A DNA stretch of 64,000 nt from contig CAVWPA010000001.1 of NCBI GenBank assembly GCA_963756875.1, forward strand, positions 668,689 through 732,688, given 5' to 3'. Within the stretch, counting starts at the first letter, position 1. Every line of letters begins with the position of its first letter. Both the position numbers and the translations under genes were made by a program. Shown here one piece after another: positions 1 to 11,129 of this stretch. The notes under the pieces were generated by a model that searched no databases, had not been told where the DNA came from, and was given only the letters and a program-made list of their open reading frames with translations. The stretch is from an uncultured Verrucomicrobiae bacterium. Its GTDB lineage: Bacteria; Verrucomicrobiota; Verrucomicrobiia; Chthoniobacterales; UBA10450.

Positions 1-759
1 GGTGGTGAGCGCGCCCTCTTTGAAATAAGACATCCAAAGCAGGTTCTGGTAGTCGCGTAAACCTCCGCATCCGTTCTTCAGATGCGGCTCCTGCATATAA
101 ACGCTGTCGCCGAATTTGCTGTGACGCGCCGCCTGGTCTCGCATCCGCATCTCCACGTATTCGCGTTCGAAGCCCTCGACACATTTGAGCCGAAATTGCT
201 TGCGAAAATCGTCCGCCATCCCAGGCTCGCCCGCGATATGGCGCGACTCCAGCATCGCGGTTTTCGTTTGCATGTCGCGATTTGCCTGCGCGATGGCTTC
301 CTTAATGGATCGTGTGGAGTGGCCTACCTTGAATCCGATGTCCCAAAGCAGATAGAGAATTTGTTCCGCCATTTCCTCGATGTAAGGCGAGATTTTCCCG
401 CCGTTGCCGCCGTGCAGTAACATGAAATCCACATCGCTGAATGGATTGAGCTCGCCGCGGCCATAACCACCAAGCGCGATGAGCGTCAGCGGGGTTTCCG
501 TTAGTCCCAGCGCTTGGCCCGTGGCGGCCGCCGCCGCGGCGAAAATATGACGCAGAAGAACATCAACCAGGTCCACCCGGCGCGCGCAAATTTCGCGGCC
601 TCCTCCACCGGCCCGATGTTTCAAAAGCAAACGGTGCTCTTCGATCTTGAGGAATTTTTTGTAAATCGGCAGGACCTCGGTAGGTCGCTGCGCACCCGAG
701 ATCGAGAGTTGTTCTTCTGCGTGCGCCAGAACCTGTTCCAGATGTCGAGACTTCGGCAT
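1..759 (-). CDS. glnD: [protein-PII] uridylyltransferase, N-terminal part (runs off window)
   Basis: Manual translation from ATG at 759 (not in ORF track): MPKSRHLEQVLAHAEE...ALGGYGRGELNPFSDVD (NTase motif)...LWDIGFKVGHSTR...QEPHLKNGCGGLRDYQ, typical GlnD motifs. Confidence 0.93.
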   Translation of the reverse strand, partial: MPKSRHLEQVLAHAEEQLSISGAQRPTEVLPIYKKFLKIEEHRLLLKHRAGGGGREICARRVDLVDVLLRHIFAAAAAATGQALGLTETPLTLIALGGYGRGELNPFSDVDFMLLHGGNGGKISPYIEEMAEQILYLLWDIGFKVGHSTRSIKEAIAQANRDMQTKTAMLESRHIAGEPGMADDFRKQFRLKCVEGFEREYVEMRMRDQAARHSKFGDSVYMQEPHLKNGCGGLRDYQNLLWMSYFKEGALTT

Positions 760-765
760 TACGGA

Positions 766-1101
766 TTACGGATTACGGATTGCACTGCCACCCAATCTAA
801 AAGCGAAAACCCAAAATCCAAAATGGTACTCGGACCTCCGAATAACTTCTGTGCCCTCGGTGTCGCTCGGGAACGTTAGGGGAACGCACGCGCCTCGCGT
901 GCGATGCCAGTCCGGATCGGACTTGCGACGCCATCGCCGCAATGCGAGGGGGTAGAGATCGATCGCGTAACGCTTCAACTTGTTATAAAGCGTTCGGCCG
1001 TCTCCGTGACGTAAACCATGCCTGCTCAAAAGCGCCTCGAGCGTCAGCAGAATGGGGCACTCATCGTCGATGATCAGGATCCGGTGATTCTCTTTCCTCA
1101 T
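766..1101 (-). pseudogene. Internally deleted NtrC-type response regulator remnant
   Basis: Receiver start RILIIDDE..ILLTLEALLSRHG joined directly to the Fis-type HTH end RTLYNKLKRYAI; no AAA+ domain. Confidence 0.6.
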
Positions 1102-1802
1102 GAGGAATGGCGTTCGTTAGACAACGGCAATGTCACCGTCGTAAGCAGCGCCGATGCCGCCGCGTCGTACTCAGCGTCCAATTTGCCTCCGTGCGCTTCG
1201 ATGATCGCGCGTGCGCGGCTCAACCCGAGACCATAATGACCCTGGCTCACTTTGCGCAGCGGCTCGCGCCCCCAATTTTCCGTGCTCAAATCGAATCGCC
1301 TCTTTGGCTCGCGCAACGTGAATACAAGGCGGTCCTTGTCGATATGAGCTTTCACGGCTGGCGCCCCTTCACCCGGCTCGTGCTGAAACGCGTTTGCGAA
1401 AAGCTCCACGAACGCTTGCAGCAACAGTTGCGGATCGATGTTCAAATCGGCGTCGCCGACTTGCATGTCCCAGGTGGTCGTCGCAGCCTCGCCGGCAAAA
1501 TCATTTGTTACTCTATGTTTCAAATCGCCCAGGAAATCAGCCAAGTCATAGGAGATGAAAACAGGATTGACCTCGGCCAGCGCGCTGCTGAGACGTTGCA
1601 GGTTTGTGCCCACTTGAGCGACCATCTCACGCAGTCGCTGGATTTCGCTTTTGAGCTCGGCATTCTCCGTGAGCTCACTGAGATAGGCGGATTGCAGTTC
1701 GACCGCGTTCAGATTGTTTCGAAGATCGTGATTCAACTGCCGAACAAACCGAACCATGTCGCTCCAGGCAATATCTCGATTTTGCGAAGGCAATGTTGCC
1801 AT
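1098..1802 (-). CDS. Histidine kinase-like protein (HisKA + HATPase, no sensor domain)
   Basis: H-box LNHDLRNNL, N-box ELFANAFQH, G2 GLGLSRARAIIEAHGG. Confidence 0.8.
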   Translation of the reverse strand: MATLPSQNRDIAWSDMVRFVRQLNHDLRNNLNAVELQSAYLSELTENAELKSEIQRLREMVAQVGTNLQRLSSALAEVNPVFISYDLADFLGDLKHRVTNDFAGEAATTTWDMQVGDADLNIDPQLLLQAFVELFANAFQHEPGEGAPAVKAHIDKDRLVFTLREPKRRFDLSTENWGREPLRKVSQGHYGLGLSRARAIIEAHGGKLDAEYDAAASALLTTVTLPLSNERHSS

Positions 1803-1817
1803 ATTCAGGGGTAATTT

Positions 1818-3398
1818 CTATTGGTCTGCCAGCGAAAATCGATCTTCCACCGGCTGGTCGCCTGTAGACACCTCGACCCGCGGATCGTTGGCGGCCAGGT
1901 GGCGCAGCGTGTGAAACACATCTTCGGGATCGGCATCGATGGCGCGGGCGATTTCCTCCGCGGTCTGGCCGGCGCCGGACGAAAGTTTCTCGCGCACTCG
2001 TGCCTGGAGCTGCAACAGCTTTGTCGCCGCCTTTTTCCCGGCTTCCACTCCCGGTTGATGATACGCGTTGATATTCACCAGCGATCCATAAAAGCCGACT
2101 GCCCGTTCGTACAGCGCGATTAACGCGCCGATGTTAAACGCATCGACCTCCGGAATGCCCACCGTGATCGATTCGCGTCCCTTTTCGTAAAGCGCCGCGC
2201 GCGTGCCACGTAAAAATCCGTGCAAATAATCGCCGCTGGTGACTCCTTTTTCCACTTCGAACCGGCCCGCGCTGCGGTCTTTGTTTACTTCGATGAAGGT
2301 CACAAAAAAATTGAGAACGCCATCGCGCAATTGTTGCACATAGGCGTGCTGGTCCGTTGAGCCTTTGTTGCCGTAAACAGCGATCCCCTGGTGCACAACC
2401 TTTCCGTCGAGATCCTTTTCCTTGCCTAACGACTCCATAACGAGCTGCTGCAGGTATCTGCTGAACAACAGGAGCCGATCTTTATAAGGCAGGATCACCA
2501 TGTCTTTTTCACCCTTGCCGTTCCCGGCGTAAAACCACATCAACGCCAGCAGCATCGCTGCATTCTCCATCACATCGGTCGCGCGAGTGTGTTCATCCAT
2601 CGCGGCCGCGCCGGCAAGAAAATTGTCGATCTCGAAACCTTGCAAGGCCATGGACACCAATCCAACGGGGCTCATCACCGACGTTCTGCCGCCTACCCAG
2701 TCGTGCATGGGAAAATGAGCCAGCCATCCATTTTTCTCCGCGTATTTGTCCAGGTCGCTTCCAACTCCCGTTACCGCAACGGCCTGTTTGGTAAAATCAA
2801 TTCCCCTTTGTTTGAATCGCGCCGCCGCTTCCAGCATTCCATTGTGCGTCTCTTTGGTGCCCCCCGACTTCGAGATCACAACGACAAGTGTCTGGGCGAG
2901 CCCGTTCCCGATCTTGTCGAAGACGCGATCGAATCCGTTGGGATCGGTATTGTCGAAGAAGTAAATATCCATCGGGTCGCCTGACGCTCCGAGCGCTTCG
3001 GAGACGAATTGCGGTCCCAGCGCCGAACCGCCAATTCCGATCGACAAAATGTGAGTAAATTTATTCCCGTCGGCTGCCGCGATCTTTCCTGCGTGCACGT
3101 CGGCCGCGAATTTCTTTATGCGCGCGTTGGTTTCTTCGATCTCGGCGCGCAATTGCGCATTCGGCGCAAGTGCCGGGTTGCGCAGCCAGTAATGACCAAC
3201 CATTCGCTGTTCGTCCGGGTTGGCGATTGCGCCGGCCTCCAGTTCCCGCATCGCCGCGAATGCCTTCTCGATCTTTGGCCGCATTGTTTCGAAGAAATCG
3301 TCCGGAAATTTCATCCGGCTGATATCGATCGAAAAATCGAGGTCCTCGTAATGCAAAAAATACCGCTGGAACCGGGACCAAAGCGAAGAAAACGCCAT
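1818..3398 (-). CDS. pgi: Glucose-6-phosphate isomerase
   Basis: [44 protein letters not shown]. Confidence 0.97.
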   Translation of the reverse strand: MAFSSLWSRFQRYFLHYEDLDFSIDISRMKFPDDFFETMRPKIEKAFAAMRELEAGAIANPDEQRMVGHYWLRNPALAPNAQLRAEIEETNARIKKFAADVHAGKIAAADGNKFTHILSIGIGGSALGPQFVSEALGASGDPMDIYFFDNTDPNGFDRVFDKIGNGLAQTLVVVISKSGGTKETHNGMLEAAARFKQRGIDFTKQAVAVTGVGSDLDKYAEKNGWLAHFPMHDWVGGRTSVMSPVGLVSMALQGFEIDNFLAGAAAMDEHTRATDVMENAAMLLALMWFYAGNGKGEKDMVILPYKDRLLLFSRYLQQLVMESLGKEKDLDGKVVHQGIAVYGNKGSTDQHAYVQQLRDGVLNFFVTFIEVNKDRSAGRFEVEKGVTSGDYLHGFLRGTRAALYEKGRESITVGIPEVDAFNIGALIALYERAVGFYGSLVNINAYHQPGVEAGKKAATKLLQLQARVREKLSSGAGQTAEEIARAIDADPEDVFHTLRHLAANDPRVEVSTGDQPVEDRFSLADQ

Positions 3399-3408
3399 GA
3401 GGCGAATT

Positions 3409-3431
3409 GTAGGCCGTCTGTGTCAGACGGC
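3409..3431. repeat. GTAG-type REP hairpin
   Basis: GTAG GCCGTCTG TGT CAGACGGC. Confidence 0.7.
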
Positions 3432-3456
3432 AATAACTCGCTGCTGCCCTGTTGCT

Positions 3457-3516
3457 GGAGGGACGACCGCTGTGTCGTCCCATTAATTTCGGGGACGGGA
3501 CAGCGCCCGTCCTTCC
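3457..3516. repeat. REP doublet (REPIN-like) downstream of RAYT
   Basis: GGAG-GGACGA..TCGTCC hairpin, spacer CATTAATTTC, inverted hairpin GGGACGGG..CCCGTCC; near-identical copy at 3996-4049. Confidence 0.8.
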
Positions 3517-3517
3517 G

Positions 3518-3988
3518 TTACCATTGCAAAATATTTAACTCGCCTTGATAAGGCCAGTCTCCGGAACGGTCGGTCAGCCCGGCACGAACGGGGTTTTGTT
3601 CGACATATTCCCATTTGTCCCGGTAATTTTCGTCTCGCCGCAATTGCGTGTCCCAAAAATGTCGCTGCCAGATCGGCGCGTCCTCGCGCTGCGCCCAATG
3701 CCGCGCCGCGTGCGATTTCCAAAGAGCTACCCATTGCATTAAGGGTTTGGGAACCAAGTCAGCCGGCGCGCAAAAGAGATGGATGTGATCGGGCATAATC
3801 ATATACCTTCCGACAAGCCAGGACCGCGCATCAACCCATCCTCCTCGCAAGAGTTCGTGGGCCGCGCGGTTTGCAAAAATCGGCTTACGATGTTTTGCGC
3901 AAACCGTTAGAAAAACGATGATCGGCGTGTTATGACGCTGCCGGACCGGCGAATGCGCCGGATGTCTGCGGCCAGCGTTTTCTTCCAT
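3518..3988 (-). mobile_element. REP-associated tyrosine transposase (RAYT, HUH Y1 family)
   Basis: FLTVC, MPDHIHLF (HUH), WQRHFWDTQLR, YVEQNPVRAGL, WPY; flanked by REP hairpins. Confidence 0.92.
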
Positions 3989-3995
3989 TCTCGTT

Positions 3996-4049
3996 ACGAC
4001 CGCTATGTCGTCCCATTAATTTCAGGGACGGGACAGCGCCCGTCCCTCC
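3996..4049. repeat. REP doublet upstream of RAYT (direct copy of 3457-3516, left end clipped)
   Basis: ACGACCGCTATGTCGTCCCATTAATTTCAGGGACGGGACAGCGCCCGTCCCTCC. Confidence 0.8.
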
Positions 4050-4053
4050 TGAG

Positions 4054-5364
4054 CTACATATGCTCGATGACATTCGTTCCAAATTCGCTACACTTGATCT
4101 CGGTCGCGCCTTCCATCAGTCGCGCGAAATCGTAGGTGACGCGCTTGCTCGCGATCGCGCCGTCCAGTCCTTTTAGAATGAGATCCGCCGCTTCGGTCCA
4201 GCCCATGTAACGGAACATCATTTCCCCCGACAAAATCACGGAGCCGGGATTCACCTTGTCCTTGTTCGCATACTTCGGCGCGGTGCCGTGCGTTGCCTCG
4301 AAAATCGCGTGCCCGGTGATGTAATTAATGTTGCCGCCGGGCGCGATGCCGATGCCGCCCACCTGCGCAGCCAGCGCGTCGCTCAGGTAATCGCCATTGA
4401 GATTCAGCGTCGCGATCACGTCGAAATCCTCGGGCCGGGTCAGCACTTGTTGCAGCGTGATGTCGGCAATCGCGTCCTTGATCACAATACCGGCGCCCGG
4501 TTTGCCTTTCGGAATCTGGCACCACGGTCCGCCGTCGATTTCTTCCGCCCCGAAATAATTTTTCGCGGTTTCGTAGCCCCAATCGCGAAAGGCGCCTTCG
4601 GTGAACTTCATGATGTTGCCCTTGTGCACAATTGTGACGCTTTTGCGCTTGTTCTGAATCGCGTACGAAATAGCGCTGTGAATCAAACGAATGCTCCCGG
4701 AGCGGCTGACCGGCTTCAACCCGAGCCCGACCATCACGTCGCTTTTTTCCGGTGCGCCGACTTTCTTCCAAAACTCGGCCGCTTTCTCGCGTGTGCCGAA
4801 CCGAATTTTGCTGAACTGTTTTGGAAATTCTTTGGCCAGGAAGTCCAGGATCTTTTGCGATTCCGGCGTGCCTGCTGCCCACTCGATCCCGGCATAGATG
4901 TCCTCGGTGTTCTCGCGGAAGATCACCATTTCGATCTTCTCCGGGTGCTTTACAGGCGAGGGGACGCCCTTGAAGTAATGAATCGGGCGCAGGCAGACGA
5001 AAAGATCGAGAAGCTGCCGGAGCGCCACGTTGAGCGAGCTAATGCCTCCGCCCACCGGCGTGGTCAGCGGACCTTTGATTCCTACCAGATATTCGCGGAA
5101 CGCCTGGACCGTGTCGTCGGGCAACCAGCTGTCGAATTTGTCCTTGGCCGACTGGCCCGCGAACACTTCGAACCACGAAATTTTCTTTTTACCGCCGTAC
5201 GCCTTTTCCACCGCGGCATCGAAAACGCGCACGCCGGCCGCCCAAATGTCCGGCCCCGTCCCGTCGCCCCGAATAAACGGAATCACCGGCCGATCCGGCA
5301 CTTTCAATGTTTGATCGCGTGTAATTTTCTCGCCTGCTGGCGGTGTAACATCTTTGTACGGCAT
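4054..5364 (-). CDS. icd: NADP-dependent isocitrate dehydrogenase
   Basis: [62 protein letters not shown]. Confidence 0.97.
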   Translation of the reverse strand: MPYKDVTPPAGEKITRDQTLKVPDRPVIPFIRGDGTGPDIWAAGVRVFDAAVEKAYGGKKKISWFEVFAGQSAKDKFDSWLPDDTVQAFREYLVGIKGPLTTPVGGGISSLNVALRQLLDLFVCLRPIHYFKGVPSPVKHPEKIEMVIFRENTEDIYAGIEWAAGTPESQKILDFLAKEFPKQFSKIRFGTREKAAEFWKKVGAPEKSDVMVGLGLKPVSRSGSIRLIHSAISYAIQNKRKSVTIVHKGNIMKFTEGAFRDWGYETAKNYFGAEEIDGGPWCQIPKGKPGAGIVIKDAIADITLQQVLTRPEDFDVIATLNLNGDYLSDALAAQVGGIGIAPGGNINYITGHAIFEATHGTAPKYANKDKVNPGSVILSGEMMFRYMGWTEAADLILKGLDGAIASKRVTYDFARLMEGATEIKCSEFGTNVIEHM

Positions 5365-5375
5365 AGGGGATCACT

Positions 5376-5900
5376 GTAGCGGCAGGCGTGTCGCCTGCAA
5401 TCCTCTGTAGCGGCGGTCTACCTGTCGCGCCGTAGCCTTGGCGAAGGCGGATGACCGTCGCATTTAACCGCGGATGACGCTGGATGTTCTCTGACCAAAG
5501 GGCAACGAGACGACAGGGCAACGAGACAACCGACCACAGCGCCGGTTTGGGAATTGTAGGGCAACCGCATCGGTTGCCATGTTTTGGTTTGGCAAGCGGA
5601 GCGCGTGCCCTACAACGGCAGGCGTCGCCTGCAATCTCCTGTAGCGGCGGTCTCGCCATAGAGGGCGAAGGGCGAAGGGCGAAGGGGTAAGGGCTAAGCG
5701 GCAAGGGGTTCGCCGGCAAGGGCCAAGGGGCAAGCGCATAGGGCGACAAGACCACAGGACGATAGGAGCATCGGAGCTTTCACAAAAGGTAACGAAGGCA
5801 ACGAAGTAGCCCCAGAATCCAGGACCTCTTCTTCTTCCAATCCGCAATCCGCACTCGGCAATCGATTCCCCCTTAGCCCTTCCCTCTTACCGCTTTGCTC
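5376..5900. repeat. Cluster of GTAG REP hairpins, palindromic mini-elements and heptamer arrays
   Basis: GTAGCGGCAGGCGTGTCGCCTGC (5376), GTAGCGGCGGTC.. (5407, 5641), GTAGGGCAACCGCATCGGTTGCC (~5557), AGGGCGA runs (~5662-5700). Confidence 0.75.
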
Positions 5901-6057
5901 AATACGTGACCCAGCCGCCGCGCTTCCGGTTGCGTCGTTTGCGCAAGTAGATCCGCAAACGAAATACAACGATGAGCAAAAAAGCAACGACGCCAACGAC
6001 TGCCAGCACCTGAAGAAGCGGGTCGAGTCCTGTGAACGCGTCAAATAAACCAAACAT
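5899..6057 (-). CDS. Small single-pass membrane protein (52 aa)
   Basis: Manual translation MFGLFDAFTGLDPLLQVLAVVGVVAFLLIVVFRLRIYLRKRRNRKRGGWVTY; AAGGA upstream; below ORF-track cutoff. Confidence 0.55.
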   Translation of the reverse strand: MFGLFDAFTGLDPLLQVLAVVGVVAFLLIVVFRLRIYLRKRRNRKRGGWVTY

Positions 6058-6198
6058 GGCGGTCCTTACAATCTACAGCAGATGAGCGTTGTGTGAAAGT
6101 CCTACGAGCGAGCAACCCGTAGCAAAATGAATTGTAGGGCAAGCGCATCGCTTGCCGCTCTTTTGCTTAGTGATGGCAGGCGGCCGCCTACGCCAAGG

Positions 6199-6966
6199 CT
6201 ACGGCGCGCCGTGGAGCGCCCGCCGTACAAAACGCTCCTGCGACGTTTGAGCCTTCGCCGCCTGATAAACCAAGAACTCCGACATTCGTCGCGAGCGGAG
6301 CTGATAACCAATAACTGCCAGCGCCAGCGCCGCAGCCAGCCACGTCGAAGGCTCGGGGACCGCTTCGACACTTCCGTTGAGTTGAACGTTTACAACGTTG
6401 CTGGCCGTATCAAAGCCGCCGGTCCCCGAGGTCCCGGTTGCGCCGTAACGCGTAGAAGACGGAACGTCGTGGCCGCCGTGATGTCAGATAGTCCCGAGAT
6501 CGTAATGGTGTTCCCCGTTGTCAAGCTTGCGGACAGACCGGTGACCGATCCCAAATCGCTTCCAAAGGAATCAGCGGAGGATCGAAGGGTTAGCGATGAG
6601 GGTCCTGTGCTCGAGTGATCCCAAGAGAAGACAAACGATGATGGCGTAAACGCGAATCCCGAGTCCGGAGTAACGATGAACTGAATATAATCGTTTCCCG
6701 AGATCGAATTCGGATAGGCAGTCGGGTTCGAATCGCCTGTATCGAACCAGTTCGAGCCGCCGAATCGATTCGTATTAGCTGCGGCTGTTACGCCGGCTCC
6801 GAGGGTAAGATTAGTAGCGTCAATTCCTGCAGCGTTGAAGACGCTCGGGCTCGTTGTTTCGGTGCCAGCGTTGCCAAAAGTGTCCCATTGGAGCAGCTGC
6901 CCACGGACGACGGAAGTAGCCAATCCAATAAACTGTTAAACTAGCGTTAACGAGTTTTCTATTCAA
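6199..6966 (-). CDS. PEP-CTERM protein, unit 3 (frameshifted)
   Basis: Ser/Thr/Gly-rich beta domain (ORF 6390..6923); after a frameshift VEAVPEPSTWLAAALALAVIGYQLRSRR (VPEP at 6360). Confidence 0.75.
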
Positions 6967-8200
6967 AGTGAGAGTATCTGCCAGTATGCACGGGCGAATC
7001 GCCGCCGTTGCATAAATCCAACTGCGCCCAGTGCGAGTAGACCGGCAACCCAAGTGCTCGGTTCTGGCACGGCTTGGACAAAGGTGGGCACGATTTCGCC
7101 ATAATTGATCGTTGCGAAAGACGCGCCGCCACCGCCAAGGAGCGTCATACCACTATCGGAATAGAAGTTGATCTCGCCGAGCTGGTCGCGCTAAGGCCGG
7201 ACATATCGATCCGAAAAGCTGATCGGTGCCACCGCCCGTCTGCCGGTGTGCCGGTCCAGTTCCAGAGTATCAACGTGCCGGTCCATGATTGCGTGTGGCT
7301 GTCAGCGAAATTGATGTGCTCTCGACCATTAGCAAGGTCGATGACGGAACTGCTCGTCAAACTCAGCGGTCCCATGCCTTGACCGAGCCTTTCTCGGAAA
7401 GACCGGCTGGTGTTGAATGTCCCGCCCGCCATGATCATGGTCGCGTTGTCATTGATATGGTTGGTCGTCGGCGCCATCGGCCAACTTCAGCGTGTACTGT
7501 TAATTGTAATGCTAGACGTTCCGCCCAAAGCGTTCGCCGCGCCCGCGACCAGGGTACCGCCGCTCACCGTTGTCGAGCCAGTGTATGTGTCCGCGCCACT
7601 AAAACAGCAGTGCCGGCTCCGGTTTTTGTGATCGAGCGAGCCCCGCCCGTTTCGCTAATCGCAACACCAATGCTAAGAGTGGCGCCTGGGTTCTCCACAT
7701 CGACGTTTCCGCTCGTGCCGAAGAAAGTAGCTCAACTGTCCAGCGCCAGCGCCCGCATTAGGATTAAGGGTGAGCGTGTTGGTCGTCGCGCTCGTTCCCC
7801 CATCAAGAGAAGATCGCCTGTAGCGCCCCCAGCTGCGATGGCTGCAGTGCTGCCACCGCCACCGCTCAGGGTAATCGTTCTGTTCGTCGACGTGCCCGTG
7901 TTAATAGTGATCGTCGAGCTGTTGTTGGTGTTCCAAATCAGATCCCCCCCACGTTTGGTTGTTGCTTGTGGTTGTAAATTGCGTCGGCAAGGTGGGTGAT
8001 ATGCTGGAATTATCGAACAGCACCTCATCTGTTGTCACAGGAAGACCGTCAGGATTCCAATAAGTTGTATATACCCAAATTAAAGTTGGTAGCGCTGCCG
8101 TTGCCGTCCCAAGTCTTCGTTCCCGCCTGCGCGGATTGGCTGAGCCCGAGCGTTAACAATGTAGCAATCGCGAGGGTGCCGGTAAGAGAAAGCCGTCGCG
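6963..8200 (-). CDS. PEP-CTERM protein with autotransporter-associated beta-strand repeats, unit 2 (multiple frameshifts)
   Basis: Fragments with TYTGSTTVSGGTL-type repeat and SWTGTLILWNWTG; ends QAVPEPSTWVAGLLALGAVGFMQRRR (VPEP at 7070). Confidence 0.7.
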
Positions 8201-10009
8201 CAAGCCGCGGAGAACACGCCGCCGTTGAGCAAATCCGATTGCGCCCAGTGCAAGCGCCGCGACAAGCCAGGTGCTGGGCTCGGGAACGGGAACAATCTCG
8301 TAGAAGCCGTTGCCCAACGCAATTTGTGTGGCAGATATTCCGCCGAAACTAAAGTCACCTAGATTCCCAGCCAGAGCCTGATCTGATTGAAGATCAGACG
8401 GTCGTCTGTGTTATCAACACCCGAGATCCCGCTTGGTGCGAAAGCACTGCTGGTCCAATTAAAATGTCCAACACATTCGAATTCGGGACAAAACTTGCAA
8501 AAGTGAGTGTGCCGACTCCACCGGTTCCGAAATCCAGCGTGGAATTCAGTCTCAACGTTAACGCCCCCAGTCCGACAGCGCTTGTTCCCGTGTGACTCGC
8601 ACCGCCATCAGTCGTGCTGGCCCCTGTACCTTCGCTGGCCGTCCCAGTTCGTGCCAAAGTTCCCGCAGCGCCTGCGATGGTGCCGAGTGCGATTCCCGCA
8701 AGAAATCAGTGACGCGATTGAGATTTCCCGTGCCGCTCAAGAGAAGTGTCCCGCCGCTATTGACGGTAACTCCGGAAGTCGATGCGAGCGCGCCGGACGC
8801 CGCCGCCTCTAGCGTGCCACCGTCTACGCTGGTGGTGCCGGAGTAGGTATTGTTACCTTGGTAAATTACCGTTCCGACACCGAGTTTTTGAACATTGTTC
8901 GTGTTGCCATTATTGTTCGTAATTTGGCCCGTGACAGTTTTCGTTTCGCCGGTGTTCGCTGTGTACGTAATCGTGGCAAGATCGGCAACTGAAACGCTTC
9001 CAAAAAAGGCGTCACTATTGTTCCAGCCGCGGTTAAAGAAAGAAAAGCTGTCGAGAGAGGCCCCCGGATATTCCGCCTAAAGTGACCCGACATTGTAAAC
9101 TGCCCCGCCACCTGAAACGGTGAAATTGTACTCGTTGGTGGATACGAGCGTGAATGTATAAGTTAGTCCGCCAGCGAATGAGCGATCCAGGTAAACCCGC
9201 ACTCTGGGTGCCGCTATCGTAAATCTTAGCGGAGCTGTCGCCCCCGGTATAATGAATATTCGAAGCGACCTCCGGAATTGTAGTCCTGTTAACGCTGGAG
9301 GCGCTTGTTCCATTGTTCAGACTGAACCCAATTGAACGGCCCTGTATGCCGGGACTTGAACTCCCGTTCATGGTGACAAATACCTGGAATGACTGACCTA
9401 CTTGAAGCGAAATCTGAGTACCCCCAAGCGAACCATCCGTTGTAAAAGGATGGAACACCACAGCCTGAGAATACTACCAAAGTTGCCGTTTCCCCATTAG
9501 CGTAAAGCCGGGTTGCTTCCACTCGTCTGCTCAGGCGCCAGCATATGGCGCGGAAAAATTATCTTGAGTCTGTATCGTAAAATTACTTGTCGAGCTCGTG
9601 TCGGTCCGAGAGTCGTCGACTGTATGGTATCACCTCCTCCGCCGCCGTGGATCGGGATGGGCAAGATGTTATCGCCGCCGCCGCCGCCGCTTACTGGCGG
9701 AATTGGTTGGATGTTATCGCCGCCTGAGCCTCCGCCGCTAACCGGCGAGAGGCTGGTTGATCCTCCTCCGCCAGAGGCTACGGCGGACAAGGAGGACGTT
9801 GAAGCGTTAACGGGTTGAAGCGTTGAATCGGAGGAGCTTGAAGAAGCTTTGCGGGCTTTGACGAGATCGCGAGCATCATTCGACTCCGCTGGTTGCGCGC
9901 CCGCGAAGAGAGTTACGCTGCTGCAAATCAGCAGAAATGGGACAACAAGACCACGGACAACGGACCGAACGGACCACGGGAAAGCGGGGTGCCGTGCGAG
10001 TGCACACAA
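8153..10009 (-). CDS. PEP-CTERM protein with autotransporter-associated beta-strand repeat, unit 1 (multiple frameshifts)
   Basis: Signal-like N-terminus, Gly/Ser linker, KLGVGTVIYQGNNTYSGTTSVDGGTL repeat; ends EIVPVPEPSTWLVAALALGAIGFAQRRR (VPEP at 8287). Confidence 0.7.
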
Positions 10010-10149
10010 CGCGCGTAAACCCTGTGTAAGGCGGTATCCACTTTTTAGGGACTTTTTAAGGGGCTAATCGGAACAATTTCTCTACCGCGCGATCACATCA
10101 ATTTCAGAGGGAAAAGTCAATCCAAATTTTGCCTGAAATTCCAGAAAAT

Positions 10150-10450
10150 TTGACCACGGATTTCACGGATTTTGGCGGATGGGATTTTGCTTCGCGGTAA
10201 GGGGTAAGGGCGAAGGGCGAAGGGCGAAGGGCGAAGCGGTAAGGGGTAAGGGGTAAGGGCGAAGGGAAGAGAGCATGGAGCACGGAGCGTGGAGCGGGGA
10301 GACTCAAGGGGTAAGCGGGAAGGGGGAAGGGCGAAGCAGAAAACGCCTCTCCGAACCGTATGGCTCTACGAGTAGGAGGCGAACGCTCAATTCCGAAATC
10401 AGATTTTCACAGAAGGAAACTAAGGGAACGAAGGCGAAGGGAAAGAAGCG
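10150..10450. repeat. Mosaic heptamer/palindrome repeat block
   Basis: AGGGCGA, AGGGGTA, GGAGCA(T/C) units; CCACGGATTTCACGGATTT; GCCTCTCCGAACC..GGAGGC; CACAGAAGGAAAC..GAAG. 10233-10332 recurs at 11235-11334. Confidence 0.85.
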
Positions 10451-10490
10451 TCGGATTTCTGCATTTCAGCAGATGCTGCACGGCGAATGA

Positions 10491-10796
10491 TCACTTCCCG
10501 GGTTCGCTTAATCGGTCTTTCCAGTTCTGCGGCTTTCTCGAAGCGTGAAAAACCGCCACGACGTGAACGGTTTCTTGCAGGATAATGTAGAAGACGGAGA
10601 AAGGGAACCGACGCGTTATCGCCTGTCGCACATTATCGTGCACGACGGGATACATTTCCGGATGCCTCTTAATCTGGTCGAGACTAGCCTCTATGGCGCG
10701 AATGAACTCAGCACCAAGTCCTCTGTCGCGTTCTTCATACCATTGATATGCTTCGGCAAGATCGAGTTGCGCTTCGGGTCTGAAGATGATTATCAC
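10491..10796 (-). CDS. RelE/ParE family toxin
   Basis: IIFRPEAQLDLAEAYQWYE...RFPFSVFY...VVAVFHASRKP; GTG start overlaps the antitoxin TGA. Confidence 0.9.
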   Translation of the reverse strand: MIIIFRPEAQLDLAEAYQWYEERDRGLGAEFIRAIEASLDQIKRHPEMYPVVHDNVRQAITRRFPFSVFYIILQETVHVVAVFHASRKPQNWKDRLSEPGK

Positions 10797-11014
10797 GGCG
10801 CTTCGAGAACCCGCCGCTTGACCTCTTCCCATGGAGATCCCGCTTCAGGATTCTTGCGAAGAGCCTCGAGGCGACGATCCAGTTCTGCGCGCTGAGCGTC
10901 GGTAAGAGGAGGTCGAGTTTGCGTCGTGGCGATTGAATCCCAAATATCTTCAACCAGCTGAATCCGCTCCGAAACGCTCAAATCGAGGAGATCTGCCGCA
11001 GAAATTTTGCTCAT
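10793..11014 (-). CDS. Addiction module antitoxin (TIGR02574-like)
   Basis: LSVSERIQLVEDIWDSI...QRAELDRRL...PWEEVKRR. Confidence 0.9.
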   Translation of the reverse strand: MSKISAADLLDLSVSERIQLVEDIWDSIATTQTRPPLTDAQRAELDRRLEALRKNPEAGSPWEEVKRRVLEAP

Positions 11015-11129
11015 GAAGCCAAATCGTATCATCCGAGAACCCGCAGGGCAAGATTCGCATAGTGAAAGTGCGCAGGGAAGTCAGACGTCAGAAATTCTAA
11101 AAAACTGAAAAGTCCGCCTGCGAAGCGGA

